A stretch of 52,984 nucleotides of DNA. Origin: Candidatus Yonathbacteria bacterium. Its GTDB lineage: Bacteria; Patescibacteriota; Minisyncoccia; Phycocordibacterales; JACNGX01. The DNA is taken from the NCBI GenBank assembly GCA_013334825.1, contig JAAXWR010000002.1:100025-153008 (forward strand), in the 5' to 3' direction. Both the position numbers and the translations under genes were made by a program. How positions within the stretch are numbered: the first letter of the stretch is position 1; every line of letters starts with the position of its first letter. Below, piece after piece: positions 38,519 through 48,765 of the stretch. The notes below the pieces were generated by a model that worked only from the letters and a program-made list of their open reading frames with translations, did not search any database and had not been told where the DNA came from.

Positions 38519-39121
38519 TCAATAATTCATTTCTCCAGGAAGCCATGCGGCATGAGAGACGGGGAAGAGACGGAGCATGACTTTTCCTTGAAGAAATCCT
38601 TCATTAAGTGTTCCCCACACACGTGAGTCAGAGCTTGCATATCGATTGTCGCCCATGACGAAATAATCATCTTCACCCAATGTGACGGTCATGGTGTCTT
38701 CTTTGGGATAGGTGATGTATGGTTCAGAGAGAGTAAGTCCAGCGGTATCGTCAGGTGACTCTTTGATGGTGACTGCACCATCTTTCAGTGAGACCGTTTC
38801 TCCGGGAAGACCAATGACTCGCTTGATGAAAGAGACAGATGGGTCTCCAGGGTATTTAAAGACAATAACGTCACCTCTCTGTGGATCGGTAAACCGATAG
38901 GAAAATTTATCGACAATAAGATAGTCGCTTGATTCAAATGTGGGGAGCATTGATTCACCTGAGACGAGAAACGGACTGATGATATACATGCGTACCGGAA
39001 GGACAATAAGAAGAATGAGAAAAACCGCTTTTGCTGTCTCTCGAAAAAATCCAGATTTTGGCACTCCCTGTGGGGATGTTTCGTGTGTTGGCACGGCGGT
39101 ATGTTCAATGAGTGTGTCCAT
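38519..39121 (-). CDS. lepB: Signal peptidase I
   Basis: GESMLPT, FIKRVIGLPGE, YFVMGDNR..SSDSR. Confidence 0.96.
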   Translation of the reverse strand: MDTLIEHTAVPTHETSPQGVPKSGFFRETAKAVFLILLIVLPVRMYIISPFLVSGESMLPTFESSDYLIVDKFSYRFTDPQRGDVIVFKYPGDPSVSFIKRVIGLPGETVSLKDGAVTIKESPDDTAGLTLSEPYITYPKEDTMTVTLGEDDYFVMGDNRYASSDSRVWGTLNEGFLQGKVMLRLFPVSHAAWLPGEMNY

Positions 39122-39279
39122 GAGAAAAAACGATACGATTGATATAAAGAATAGTATCGCAGAACGAAAAAGGACGCAATGTTTTTTGACGTAGATACCA
39201 TGCGGATTAGAAGCGAAAGGTGAGTTTCCCGCGACGTCTCTGCTATGGTGGGGTGGATAAATTTTAAGAATGTTTATGA

Positions 39280-39700
39280 AGATTACGAATAATGAATGTA
39301 TACGAATACGATTTTTTTTATCGTTTATAGTTTTCTCTTCCCATATTCCTTATTTCTATTTTCTTATTTCATTGTCTATAGTTTTCGTTTTCATATTTCT
39401 ATTTTCTTATTTCATCGTCTATCGTTTATAGTTTTCGTCTTCATATTTCATATTTCATCATTCGTCTTTCGTATTCTTGCTTCATGCTTCGTGATTCGTG
39501 CTTCGAGTATCTGTCCCTATAACCTATCACCTATAACCTCTTTCCTACGTTCATATTTCATCATTCATCTCTCACATTCTTGCTTCATGCTTCGTGATTC
39601 GTGCTTCGAGTATCTGTCCCTATAACCTATCACCTATAACCTCTTTCCTACATTCGTCCGTCCCTATCACCTCTAACCCATTTCCTACATTCATATTCCC
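39280..39700 (+). repeat. Long heptamer-mosaic repeat containing an exact 76-bp direct duplication
   Basis: 39473-39548 = 39576-39651; tcgttta/tagtttt, tcatatt, tcgtgat/tcgtgct and ctataac/ctatcac units. Confidence 0.9.
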
Positions 39701-39725
39701 AATAGAGCATGATATACTTATGCGC

Positions 39726-40340
39726 ATGGAAAAAGGATATGTTGTTGTTGGCTTGGGTAATCCTGGCAAAGAATACGAAAAAACTCCACACAATGCGGGA
39801 CGTCTTGCTGTGGAACATTTTGCTACTGTGCGCGCGTTCGGCGCGTTCCGCGCCGAACGCGCGCACAAAGGTCTTGTGAGTGACGGCACGCTTGATATGC
39901 AAGACGGTACTCCATGTCCCGTCACACTCCTCTTGCCCGAAACGTTCATGAATGCATCAGGGAAAAGTGTGATTACCTGTATCTTGTCTACAGAAGCAGA
40001 GCGTTTGATTGTTATACACGATGATGTGGATATACCTCTTGGTACGGTCAAGGTTTCGCGTGACAGAGGAGCGGGGGGACACAATGGTATTGCATCAATT
40101 ATCAAAGAGCTTGGTACTGCGTCATTCATTCGTGTACGTGTCGGTGTCGCACCCAAAACAGTATTTGGTACTGTTCGTCGTCCTACAGGTGACCGATTGC
40201 CTGCATATGTGCTCAAACCTGTGCCTGCTCTCCGTGAGAAATCGTTTATGACAGGCATTGTCCTCGCAGGAGATGCGACAGAAGCAATTATCCGCAACGG
40301 AGTCGGGAGTGCAATGAATACATATAACGGACACCAATAA
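39726..40340 (+). CDS. pth: Peptidyl-tRNA hydrolase
   Basis: VGLGNPG..Y..TPHNAG, PETFMNASG, VIHDDVD, GGHNGI.SI. Confidence 0.97.
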   Translation: MEKGYVVVGLGNPGKEYEKTPHNAGRLAVEHFATVRAFGAFRAERAHKGLVSDGTLDMQDGTPCPVTLLLPETFMNASGKSVITCILSTEAERLIVIHDDVDIPLGTVKVSRDRGAGGHNGIASIIKELGTASFIRVRVGVAPKTVFGTVRRPTGDRLPAYVLKPVPALREKSFMTGIVLAGDATEAIIRNGVGSAMNTYNGHQ

Positions 40341-40344
40341 TTCT

Positions 40345-42060
40345 ATGAAAGACGAAGCAACCAAACGTATTCATATCATCTTCTTTTTATTTGTCGGGTT
40401 CGCGCTCGTGTTATCGGGGCGTCTCTTTTATATTCAGACGGCGCGCGCAAGTTATTATCGTGAAAAAGCAGAAAATCAATATGTTAAACATGCGCCCGAT
40501 ACTGCCAATCGCGGAAATATTTTATTCACGTACAAAGATGGTGGAACAATTTCTGCGGCAACACTTGGATATGGGTATGAAGTAATCATGGACCCGAGTA
40601 TGGTCGATGACCCTGCGGATGCACTTGCAAAGCTCAAGACCGTACTTCCTTCGTTTGAAACAGAGACATTTATCGCCAAGGCGTCCGATACGACCGATCG
40701 ATATGAAGTTGTGGCCGGACGTTTAGATGAAGAGACAGCAAAAGCGGTGGAAGCTCTCGATATCAAAGGAATTGGCGCATATAAAGAAAGTTGGCGTGTA
40801 TATCCAGGGGGATCGCTTGCCGCGCATGTGCTCGGTTTCGTGGGGTATCAAGGTGATGGACTTGCGGGTCGATATGGATTGGAGCGATATTATGAAGATG
40901 TATTATCGCGTAGCAATACATATATTCCTGCGAACTTCTTTGTAGAATTGTTTTCAAGTATTGCTGACTCTATTGTAAAAAGTGAATATGAAAGAGAGGG
41001 AGATATCGTTGCTTCTATCGAGCCCAATGTTCAAGCGTATGCCGAACGTGTCTTGCGAGAGACGCGCGCACATTGGAGCTCTGATGAAGGAGGCATGATT
41101 GTTGTTGACCCGATGACAGGACGTATCTATGCGATGGCGGCATTCCCATCCTTCGACCCCAATGTGTACGGTGAAGAAACTGACACTGCCGTCTTTGTCA
41201 ATCCACTCACGGAAAATGTGTATGAAATGGGTTCCATTATCAAACCACTTACTGTCGCGGCAGGGCTTGACGCGGGTGTCATTACCGCAAGGACGACATA
41301 TAACGATACAGGAAGCATTGTCATAAATAGTGCGAAAATCAGTAACTACGATGGCAAAGCACGCGGTGTCGTGCCCATGCAGGAAATTCTCAATCAGTCA
41401 CTGAACACAGGCGTATCGTTTATCGCAGGCAAGTTGGGACATGAACAATTTCGCACGTATATGCGCAAACTCGGTATCGATGAAGAAACAGGTATCGATT
41501 TGCCGGGTGAAGTGCATGGACTTGCAGACAATCTCGACAGCCCCCGTGATATTGAATACGCGACAGCTTCGTTCGGGCAAGGTATTGCGATGACACCGAT
41601 TGAAGCGACCATGGCACTGTCCGCGCTCGGCAATGGAGGGAAATTACTGACTCCTGGACTCGTCACGCGTATTGCTTATGAAGACGGCTCAGAAAAACTT
41701 ATCTACCCTGATGAAGGAAGACAGGTATTCAAAAAGAGCACCTCAGATGAAATCACTCGTATGTTGGTAACTGTCGTGGATGATGCGCTTGCTGGCGGGA
41801 AATACGCCCTTCCGCAACACACTATCGCCGCAAAGACAGGGACCGCGCAGATGTCCAACCCTGCGGGCGGAGGATATTATGAAGACCGCTATTTGCACTC
41901 ATTCTTCGGTTATTTCCCTGCGTACAATCCACGTTTTCTTGTCTTTATGTATCACACGTATCCCAAAGGAGCGAAGTATGCATCCGAGACGCTGACGGCA
42001 CCTTTTATGGAGATGACGAAGTTTCTCATTAGTTATTATGAGATTCCACCAGATAGATAG
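40345..42060 (+). CDS. ftsI: Class B penicillin-binding protein (FtsI/PBP2-like)
   Basis: N-terminal TM, RGNI, RVYP, GLE; SIIK, SLN and KTG active-site motifs. Confidence 0.88.
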   Translation: MKDEATKRIHIIFFLFVGFALVLSGRLFYIQTARASYYREKAENQYVKHAPDTANRGNILFTYKDGGTISAATLGYGYEVIMDPSMVDDPADALAKLKTVLPSFETETFIAKASDTTDRYEVVAGRLDEETAKAVEALDIKGIGAYKESWRVYPGGSLAAHVLGFVGYQGDGLAGRYGLERYYEDVLSRSNTYIPANFFVELFSSIADSIVKSEYEREGDIVASIEPNVQAYAERVLRETRAHWSSDEGGMIVVDPMTGRIYAMAAFPSFDPNVYGEETDTAVFVNPLTENVYEMGSIIKPLTVAAGLDAGVITARTTYNDTGSIVINSAKISNYDGKARGVVPMQEILNQSLNTGVSFIAGKLGHEQFRTYMRKLGIDEETGIDLPGEVHGLADNLDSPRDIEYATASFGQGIAMTPIEATMALSALGNGGKLLTPGLVTRIAYEDGSEKLIYPDEGRQVFKKSTSDEITRMLVTVVDDALAGGKYALPQHTIAAKTGTAQMSNPAGGGYYEDRYLHSFFGYFPAYNPRFLVFMYHTYPKGAKYASETLTAPFMEMTKFLISYYEIPPDR

Positions 42061-42245
42061 GACGAGAAGCAAGAATACGGGAAAACTGGAAGCAAGAATC
42101 ACGAAGCACGAATCAAGAATACGGGAAAACTGGAAGCGCGGGACGAACTTACTGGAAGCAAGCTTGCCATGCACCCTACGTGGTGCAGGGAACATACGAA
42201 CCGAGACGGGAATCAGGAATACGAGACTGAAGGACAGGAGGTGAG
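42061..42245 (-). repeat. Dispersed heptamer-mosaic repeat with a palindromic core
   Basis: Core variant ccatgcaccctacgtggtgcaggg at 42167-42190; gaatcac/gaagcac/gaatcaa units. Confidence 0.85.
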
Positions 42246-42291
42246 AATCAAGACAAAACTGATAGGGAAGCATGGGACAGTGGCGAATACT

Positions 42292-42660
42292 TTATTTTTT
42301 TTGTTCCGTCACTCTAAATGCGACAATTTTTTCTATGAGGTCATAGGGAATAGGTTTTTCAATAGGGAATTGGATCGCACCCTTTGATGTTTTGTAGAGA
42401 GAAAGCTCCTTTTCAAATTTTTTGATTGCTGAGGGTGTCGGATAAAAACCGATATGATACGTGAATGCGGCGAAGTGTACCAAGTTGCCGTTCAGAGTAA
42501 ATGTCGGCATGCCGTAGGCAATTTTCTCTTCCGCGCGTGGCGCAGCTTTTTGTATTGTTCGCCGTATCTTTTTCAGTATCGTCTGGATATTAGAAGGGAA
42601 CGCAGCGATATATGCGTCGATATCCGCGTATGTGTGTTGCATGCTGGTGCGCCCGCTCAT
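42292..42660 (-). CDS. DUF1801 (YdhG-like) protein
   Basis: IDAYIA, AEEKIAYGMPTF, VHFAAF..HIGFYP, SKGAIQFP...PIPYDLI. Confidence 0.92.
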   Translation of the reverse strand: MSGRTSMQHTYADIDAYIAAFPSNIQTILKKIRRTIQKAAPRAEEKIAYGMPTFTLNGNLVHFAAFTYHIGFYPTPSAIKKFEKELSLYKTSKGAIQFPIEKPIPYDLIEKIVAFRVTEQKK

Positions 42661-42813
42661 ATGCGCATTATAGCAGTAGGGGAAGACATGTCGCAGTAAC
42701 GGTAAGTGGATAATGTCGAGGTGTATCGTCAAAAAAGCAACATTGTCTTTTGGGCATTTTTGTATTAAAATAATGCGCACGTATTTCAAGAAATACAACG
42801 TATCATACAAATT

Positions 42814-42833
42814 GGCCCTATCGTCTGATGGTT
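42814..42833 (+). repeat. Copy of the tRNA-Glu 5' end
   Basis: 19/20 match to 42888-42907. Confidence 0.85.
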
Positions 42834-42887
42834 GATCGCCGTCGCGAAAGGGTAATAACATATATAAAGAGAAAAGAGAATAATCAT

Positions 42888-42959
42888 GGCCCTATCGTCT
42901 AATGGTTAGGACATCACCCTCTCACGGTGGTAATCGGGGTTCAAATCCCCGTAGGGTCA
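42888..42959 (+). tRNA. tRNA-Glu(CTC)
   Basis: GGCCCTA/TAGGGTC acceptor, TCACC-CTCTCAC-GGTGG anticodon arm, CGGGG-TTCAAAT-CCCCG T-arm. Confidence 0.96.
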
Positions 42960-43469
42960 CAAAAAATCTTTAGGTCGCCGAAGAGGCGACCTTTAGATTT
43001 TTCTGTGACCCTACGAGAAAGGCAACTGCTTGCCTTTCGTGGGATTTGAACCGGCGGAGCATATCGCACCAAAAGTGCGATGCGAGCCGCGCCCAGCGGT
43101 ACTTATGAAAATCCGAATACATGGAGGATTTTCATTAGTAACCGCGGGGTCGACTCCCCGTAGGGTCTTTATATGAGTCGAACGGCGCAAGGCGGTATAC
43201 AAGATGCGCGACTTGTTCGCGCATGCTTGTCGCCGCGCCGCGTCCAGGAGTACTTAGTAGATTGCGAATACTTGGAGCAATCTACTTAGTAACTCCGGGA
43301 CGACTCCCCGTAAATCGGACTGCTTGCCTTTCGTGGGATTTGAACCGGCGGAGCATATCGCACCAAAAGTGCGATGCGAGCCGCGCCCAGTAACCCTTTG
43401 CATATTCCGAATACCTGGAGTAATATACGTAATAATCGGTAATAATCGCGGGACGATTTCCCGTAGGGT
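42960..43469 (+). mobile_element. Three tandem non-coding structured units, each ending in a tRNA-Glu T-arm copy
   Basis: Ends at 43155-43167, 43305-43312 and 43459-43469; CGAATACnTGGAG loops at 43114, 43265 and 43408; 43025-43096 = 43319-43390. Confidence 0.8.
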
Positions 43470-43596
43470 GTCACCGTCATTGTTTGGTATGAGAAAGCTT
43501 CGGTAAAATGTCTTTTGAGAGGTACTTTAGTTGATATTTCAATATTTTTTTAAACGTCTTTTGACTCCTTTTAATAAAGTAAAATAAGAATTTTCA

Positions 43597-45696
43597 ATGA
43601 AAATATTCAAGATAAAAATTGAAAACTACAGACTTTTAAAAAAATTCTCTATTGATTTGGAGGATAAACTTTCGTTGATTATTGGCAAGAACAATACTGG
43701 GAAAACCTCTATACTTACAATCCTCGATAAGTCATTAAATTTTGAAAAGATTAGATTTTCTCTAGATGATTTTAATGTTGACTTCAAGAAGGACCTGAAG
43801 ACCTTAATTGAGACAAATGAAGATACGTTAGAAGATGATTTTAATAAATACAATGGTTTAGGTATAAAACTCAAGTTATTCATTAAATATGGAGAGGGTG
43901 ATAATCTCACCAATATCAGTCGAGTAATGATGGATCTTGACCCAACCAATAATGTTATCGTTCTCGGTTTCGATTATGTACTGGACTATTCTCATTATAT
44001 AGAACTTAAAAGAGATTATTCTGCTTTCAAAATTAACGAGGAATCAAAAAAGGCAGCCGAATCAAAATATGAAATAAAATGTTTTTTTGATTTTCTCAGA
44101 GAGACTCACTCTTCTTACTTTAAAATAAGAAGAAAAACCATCGAGTTTGATCAGCACACAAAGGAAGAAAATGAGGCAAATTTCATCGATTTAATTAAGG
44201 AAAAGATAAACATCAAGGACATCATTAATTTTAAATACATCAGCGCGAAGCGAGAGGTCGCCAACACCGATTCCGACAAAACGCTCTCGGCGCAAACCTC
44301 TAAGATATATGAGAAGACCGAAATAAGTGACGACCAGAGCGAGGTCATTGAGGTTTTTAAAGATAGGCTGACCGAAGCCGATGCCAGTTTAAGTAACGTA
44401 TATAAAACGCTGTTTGCTAACGCCATAGAGAAAGTAAGAAAATTCGGAGGCGTCAAAATCAACGAATCAGAGATTGAAATAATCTCAACTCTGCAACATC
44501 AAAAATTGCTTGAGGGAAACACTACTGTCGTATATAGGCATGATGTAGATAGCCAGCTCCCCGAGCATTACAACGGACTCGGCTACATGAATCTAATTAG
44601 CATGATTTTTGAGATTGAAATCCTCTTGCAGGATTTCAAGAAAGAAAAAGAATCAAAACCCGCTGACATCAATCTGCTTTTTATTGAAGAGCCTGAGGCG
44701 CATACTCACCCTCAAATGCAGTATGTGTTCATCAAGAACATAAAGGAGCTACTCAGAGAAGGAATCAAAAGAACGGACGGAGAAAATCGAGAGCTACAGT
44801 ACATCATCAGCACCCACTCTTCGCACATTGTCGCCGACAGTGATTTCGACGACATCAAATATCTCAAAAAAGACGACAGCGATGGTGTCACAGCAAGAAA
44901 TCTCAAAGACCTTCAGAAAGAATACACAACAGGGAAAAACCAGTATCAATTTTTGAGGCAGTATCTGACGATTAGCAGGGCTGAAATATTCTTTGCAGAG
45001 AAAGCTGTGCTTATCGAGGGTGACACCGAAAGAATCTTGATACCGACGATAATGAAGAAAGTCGATATTGAGGAAGTAACCGCACACGAAACGGCAGGTA
45101 CGACAGACCCTTGTCTTCCGCTATTGTCGCAGAATATTTCCATCATAGAAGTTGGCGCATATTCTCAGATTTTCGAGAAATTCATAGACTTTCTGGGAAT
45201 CAAATCTTTGGTTGTTACAGACTTGGACACAGTCGATGCTGACGGAGTGGCTTGCAAAGTAGCCGACGGTGTTGGCTACTCAAACAGTGCCCTCAACTTC
45301 TTTTTTGGCACACCCACACTCGCCGCTTTGAGAGGATTTGCCATCGGAGACAAGCAACTCAGCAAGGTCACTGGCGCTTGGGCTCGACAAGCCGATGGTA
45401 AGGTTTGTGTCGTATACCAAGTTGAAGAGAATGGGTATAACGCTCGAAGCTTCGAGGACGGATTCATACACCTTAATCGAGCATTCGTAACAACTAACAA
45501 AGACAGCTTCCAAGGATTGCAGAATCGGGCTGACTTTGACGATGGTGCGAAAGACGCGTATGACCTCGCTGGCAACTGCATAAAAAAGAAAACTCACTTT
45601 GCATTGGATATTCTATTTCACAGCAATGAAAACCTCGATAACTGGCTAATACCGTCGTATATAAGAGAAGGACTCCTATGGTTGAAGAAAGACTAA
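43597..45696 (+). CDS. gajA: OLD-family ATP-dependent nuclease (ABC ATPase plus TOPRIM), Gabija GajA-like
   Basis: GKNNTGKT, FIEEPEAHTHP, STHSSHI, LIEGDTE, TDLD; coupled to a UvrD gene. Confidence 0.85.
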   Translation: MKIFKIKIENYRLLKKFSIDLEDKLSLIIGKNNTGKTSILTILDKSLNFEKIRFSLDDFNVDFKKDLKTLIETNEDTLEDDFNKYNGLGIKLKLFIKYGEGDNLTNISRVMMDLDPTNNVIVLGFDYVLDYSHYIELKRDYSAFKINEESKKAAESKYEIKCFFDFLRETHSSYFKIRRKTIEFDQHTKEENEANFIDLIKEKINIKDIINFKYISAKREVANTDSDKTLSAQTSKIYEKTEISDDQSEVIEVFKDRLTEADASLSNVYKTLFANAIEKVRKFGGVKINESEIEIISTLQHQKLLEGNTTVVYRHDVDSQLPEHYNGLGYMNLISMIFEIEILLQDFKKEKESKPADINLLFIEEPEAHTHPQMQYVFIKNIKELLREGIKRTDGENRELQYIISTHSSHIVADSDFDDIKYLKKDDSDGVTARNLKDLQKEYTTGKNQYQFLRQYLTISRAEIFFAEKAVLIEGDTERILIPTIMKKVDIEEVTAHETAGTTDPCLPLLSQNISIIEVGAYSQIFEKFIDFLGIKSLVVTDLDTVDADGVACKVADGVGYSNSALNFFFGTPTLAALRGFAIGDKQLSKVTGAWARQADGKVCVVYQVEENGYNARSFEDGFIHLNRAFVTTNKDSFQGLQNRADFDDGAKDAYDLAGNCIKKKTHFALDILFHSNENLDNWLIPSYIREGLLWLKKD

Positions 45697-47579
45697 AACT
45701 TGAGCCAGAGGTTCAGGAAATATTCACTTGTATCGACAACAAGCGGAATTTTCTCTTGAGTGGTGGTGCTGGAAGTGGCAAGACCCATTCTTTGGTACAA
45801 GTAATCAAACAGGTCATAGCAGAAAACCCGACATCGAGAATAGCTTGCATGACTTTTACGAATGCGGCGGTCAAACAAATCGAAGAAAGAATCGGACATG
45901 CTAATCTTAGCGTATCCACGATCCATGATTTTTTATGGGATAACATCAAGCATTTTCAAAACGAACTCAAAATAGCGTTAGTTTCTATGGCAAATGACCC
46001 TCTTGTTGAAAAAATTAAAATAGAAGACCCAACACCAGTACCGAATGATTTTTTTGATCCATGCGAAAAAGGAATTCAATATAAAGAATATCTAAAGTTG
46101 AATAAGGGTATAATTTCACATGACGAGTTACTCTTGGTAGCAAACTATCTTTTTGAAAATTACCCTAAGCTTTGCGACATTGTAAAAGACAAGTTCGGTT
46201 TCATCTTCATTGACGAATATCAGGACACGGACAAAGCGGTTGTGGTAATTCTTCTTGACCATTTCAATCAAAGCGTTAAGCACAACATCGTCGGTTTCTT
46301 CGGGGATGCTATGCAGTCGATTTACGACGACGGTATCGGGAATCTTGACGCATATAAAGGAACAAATCCAGATCAAGTACAGGAAATTAAAAAGGAGCAA
46401 AATAGAAGAAATCCTAGAGCTATCATTGACCTCGCTAACAGGTTGCGCACGGACGGAATAACACAGGTACCCTCAATCGATAGAACCGCCCCGAACATGA
46501 CGACTGGCGGAGAGGTAAAAGAAGGAATCATTAAATTTATCTACTCTACAAATCCAGACATTGATCCAGTGAGATCATATCTGTCAGAAAATTTTGGTTG
46601 GGACTTTTCCAATTCCAAGGAAACAAAGGAACTGAATCTGACACATAACCTAATAGCGGACAAGGCTGGTTTTAGAACTTTGATGGATATATACGACAAG
46701 GAGAGAATCTTGGAATTGAAATACAAAATCACAAAGGAGATAAAGGAAAAAAATATAACGATTGCTGAGGCAGCCACTTTCGGTGAGGTTATTGACCAAG
46801 TTAATTTGATGATTAGTCCCACTACCGAGATTGGTAGGTTTCTTACTGAAAATCCTGAATTGTATGAAAAGGCTCGAGGATATCTTTTTTCAGATTTCAG
46901 AAAAATATATGCGGATAAAGAGCAATTACTCGACGATAAAAAACAAGACGAGGAGGATGAGAATAAAAAGGGCACAAAAAGAGATAATCTCATACGGCAC
47001 CTCTTTAAAATTCAAAATAATATTTTTCTGTATCAAAACAAGCAGTATAATGAATTTTTACGAGTCACTGATTTTTCTATTTTAACTATTGGAGATAAGG
47101 AGGATTTACAGAAGAATATTGAAGAGTTGACGAGTGTTGGAGATAAGACAATCGAAGAAATAATTAATCTTGCTGATGAAAACGGAATTTGTTTTATTGA
47201 CGACAATCTTGTTCGTTTCAAAATTGAAAATGAATACCTTTACGATCGTGTAAAAGAGGTTAAATTCAGCGAGTTCCAGAAGCTGTACGATTATTTGGAG
47301 GGTAAGACTCCATTCTCTACCCAGCATAAAACCAAAGGTGCGGAATTCGACAATGTATTCATCATTTTGGATAATGGCAAATGGAACGACTACAATTTCG
47401 AAAACCTTTTTCTTGGGTCAGGTAAAGCGAGTGTTTTAGAAAGAACACAAAAAATTTTCTATGTTTGCTGTACTCGGTCAAAGGAAAAATTAGCTGTCTT
47501 CTTTCATGATCCATCGGCTGGAGTAATCACCAAAGCACAAGAATGGTTCGGAGCTGAAAATGTGATATCACTGCCGTAG
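45678..47579 (+). CDS. gajB: UvrD/SF1 helicase, Gabija GajB-like
   Basis: GGAGSGKT, TFTNAA, STIHDF, IDEYQDT, GDAMQSIY, TQHKTKGAEFD, FYVCCTR. Confidence 0.85.
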   Translation: MVEERLKLEPEVQEIFTCIDNKRNFLLSGGAGSGKTHSLVQVIKQVIAENPTSRIACMTFTNAAVKQIEERIGHANLSVSTIHDFLWDNIKHFQNELKIALVSMANDPLVEKIKIEDPTPVPNDFFDPCEKGIQYKEYLKLNKGIISHDELLLVANYLFENYPKLCDIVKDKFGFIFIDEYQDTDKAVVVILLDHFNQSVKHNIVGFFGDAMQSIYDDGIGNLDAYKGTNPDQVQEIKKEQNRRNPRAIIDLANRLRTDGITQVPSIDRTAPNMTTGGEVKEGIIKFIYSTNPDIDPVRSYLSENFGWDFSNSKETKELNLTHNLIADKAGFRTLMDIYDKERILELKYKITKEIKEKNITIAEAATFGEVIDQVNLMISPTTEIGRFLTENPELYEKARGYLFSDFRKIYADKEQLLDDKKQDEEDENKKGTKRDNLIRHLFKIQNNIFLYQNKQYNEFLRVTDFSILTIGDKEDLQKNIEELTSVGDKTIEEIINLADENGICFIDDNLVRFKIENEYLYDRVKEVKFSEFQKLYDYLEGKTPFSTQHKTKGAEFDNVFIILDNGKWNDYNFENLFLGSGKASVLERTQKIFYVCCTRSKEKLAVFFHDPSAGVITKAQEWFGAENVISLP

Positions 47580-47851
47580 TTATATTTCATCTTTTCTCAA
47601 AATAGTTTTATTCCCCAAGCATTTTGCAAGTTATTGAAGACCACCTAATGAGGACAAATTCTTGTATTATATTATCCATGTTTTTAATTTCACTCCAGTT
47701 TTGTCTCCAAGAAGTGTCTACATATTGGTTAGTCACACAAAATAGTTATATACGAGAAAGTTTGAAACGGTCTAAAAACATTAAGAGCAGTATTATAAGA
47801 CGAGGAATCTCCTTTAACCTTCTCAACCCTGCTATACTAAAGAAAAGCTAT

Positions 47852-48235
47852 ATGAGTATGAAACCAAAAAAACCAAAAGATAGTAGCGAGTGGCGCGACA
47901 CCTATTATCATAAACTGTTCGGGCTCAAAGCCGCGCAAGAAGCGGAGCGGGTGCTTCCGCTTTTTGAACGAGAACACCCTGGCGACAGCCGGCCGCGAAA
48001 GGCAATCGAAGCCTTGCGATCGTGGGCGGAAGGGAAGCGTGCCCTCAATATGAAAGAAGTGCGGACGCTTTCTCTCGATGCTCATGCCGCCGCACGAGAA
48101 GCGACATCGGACGCTGCCCGGCACGCGGCGCGAGCCGCGGGGCAGGCGATTGCCACATGGCATGTGCCCACGCATGCATTGGGGGCCTTTTCCTATGCGG
48201 CAAAAGCTCTCTGTGCTCAAAAGAAAGACAGGTAA
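47852..48235 (+). CDS. Imm5-like putative immunity protein
   Basis: AERVLPLFE..P.D.RPR.AI.A...W, AHAAAREA, AARAAGQA.AT.HV.THA. Confidence 0.8.
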   Translation: MSMKPKKPKDSSEWRDTYYHKLFGLKAAQEAERVLPLFEREHPGDSRPRKAIEALRSWAEGKRALNMKEVRTLSLDAHAAAREATSDAARHAARAAGQAIATWHVPTHALGAFSYAAKALCAQKKDR

Positions 48236-48375
48236 TAAAGCCACCCCAAAGAAGGGGACATCTTTCCACTGACACATTTGACAGAAATAGTCAAACATGG
48301 TAGTCTCTGAGAAGGTCAAAGTTGTTCTTTGTTTTTTTGTTTGTATTTTTTTAAAACCCTCTATTTTTAAAAAAC

Positions 48376-48690
48376 ATGTCAGGAAAACTTTTTATTGAAG
48401 CAAAGAATCTTTTCACTCTTCTGGGATCTGAGGGGTTTCCTCAGAGGTCTTTCCTCCGTTTTTCGGTAACCCATGAAGGGTTGCCGTTCCTCTGTAATTT
48501 TGGGGAGTCAGAGGTAATTCGTGTGATGGTGCCGAGAGGGGCAACTGTAGCCACTCTTGAATATTATCTGGGCGGAAGACGGTTGGGGATAGGATCAGTC
48601 CCCTTAGCCCTTTTTTCCAACGGGAAACCGATGGAAAATCTCCATCAGGGTTTCTGGAAGGAAAAAAAAGAGGAACCCGTGTGTGTTTGA
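48376..48690 (+). CDS. Hypothetical protein (orphan cassette)
   Basis: TTGACA-N17-TAGTCT at 48278; terminator acagggcc-gaaa-ggccctgt plus T-tract. Confidence 0.65.
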   Translation: MSGKLFIEAKNLFTLLGSEGFPQRSFLRFSVTHEGLPFLCNFGESEVIRVMVPRGATVATLEYYLGGRRLGIGSVPLALFSNGKPMENLHQGFWKEKKEEPVCV

Positions 48691-48765
48691 TTACAGGGCC
48701 GAAAGGCCCTGTTTTTGTTTTTTCGTATACTCATCTCCTAATATGCTCAGCTACTCACCTCCTAT

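Noticed and set aside
39296..39625. 109-aa ORF
   Set aside because: It is a low-complexity translation of the heptamer repeat block.
43005..43052. Retroviral-type tRNA primer-binding site
   Set aside because: Complementarity follows the genomic trailer (CAC-A for Glu, TCA for Gln-TTG), not mature CCA, and there is no reverse transcriptase in the window.
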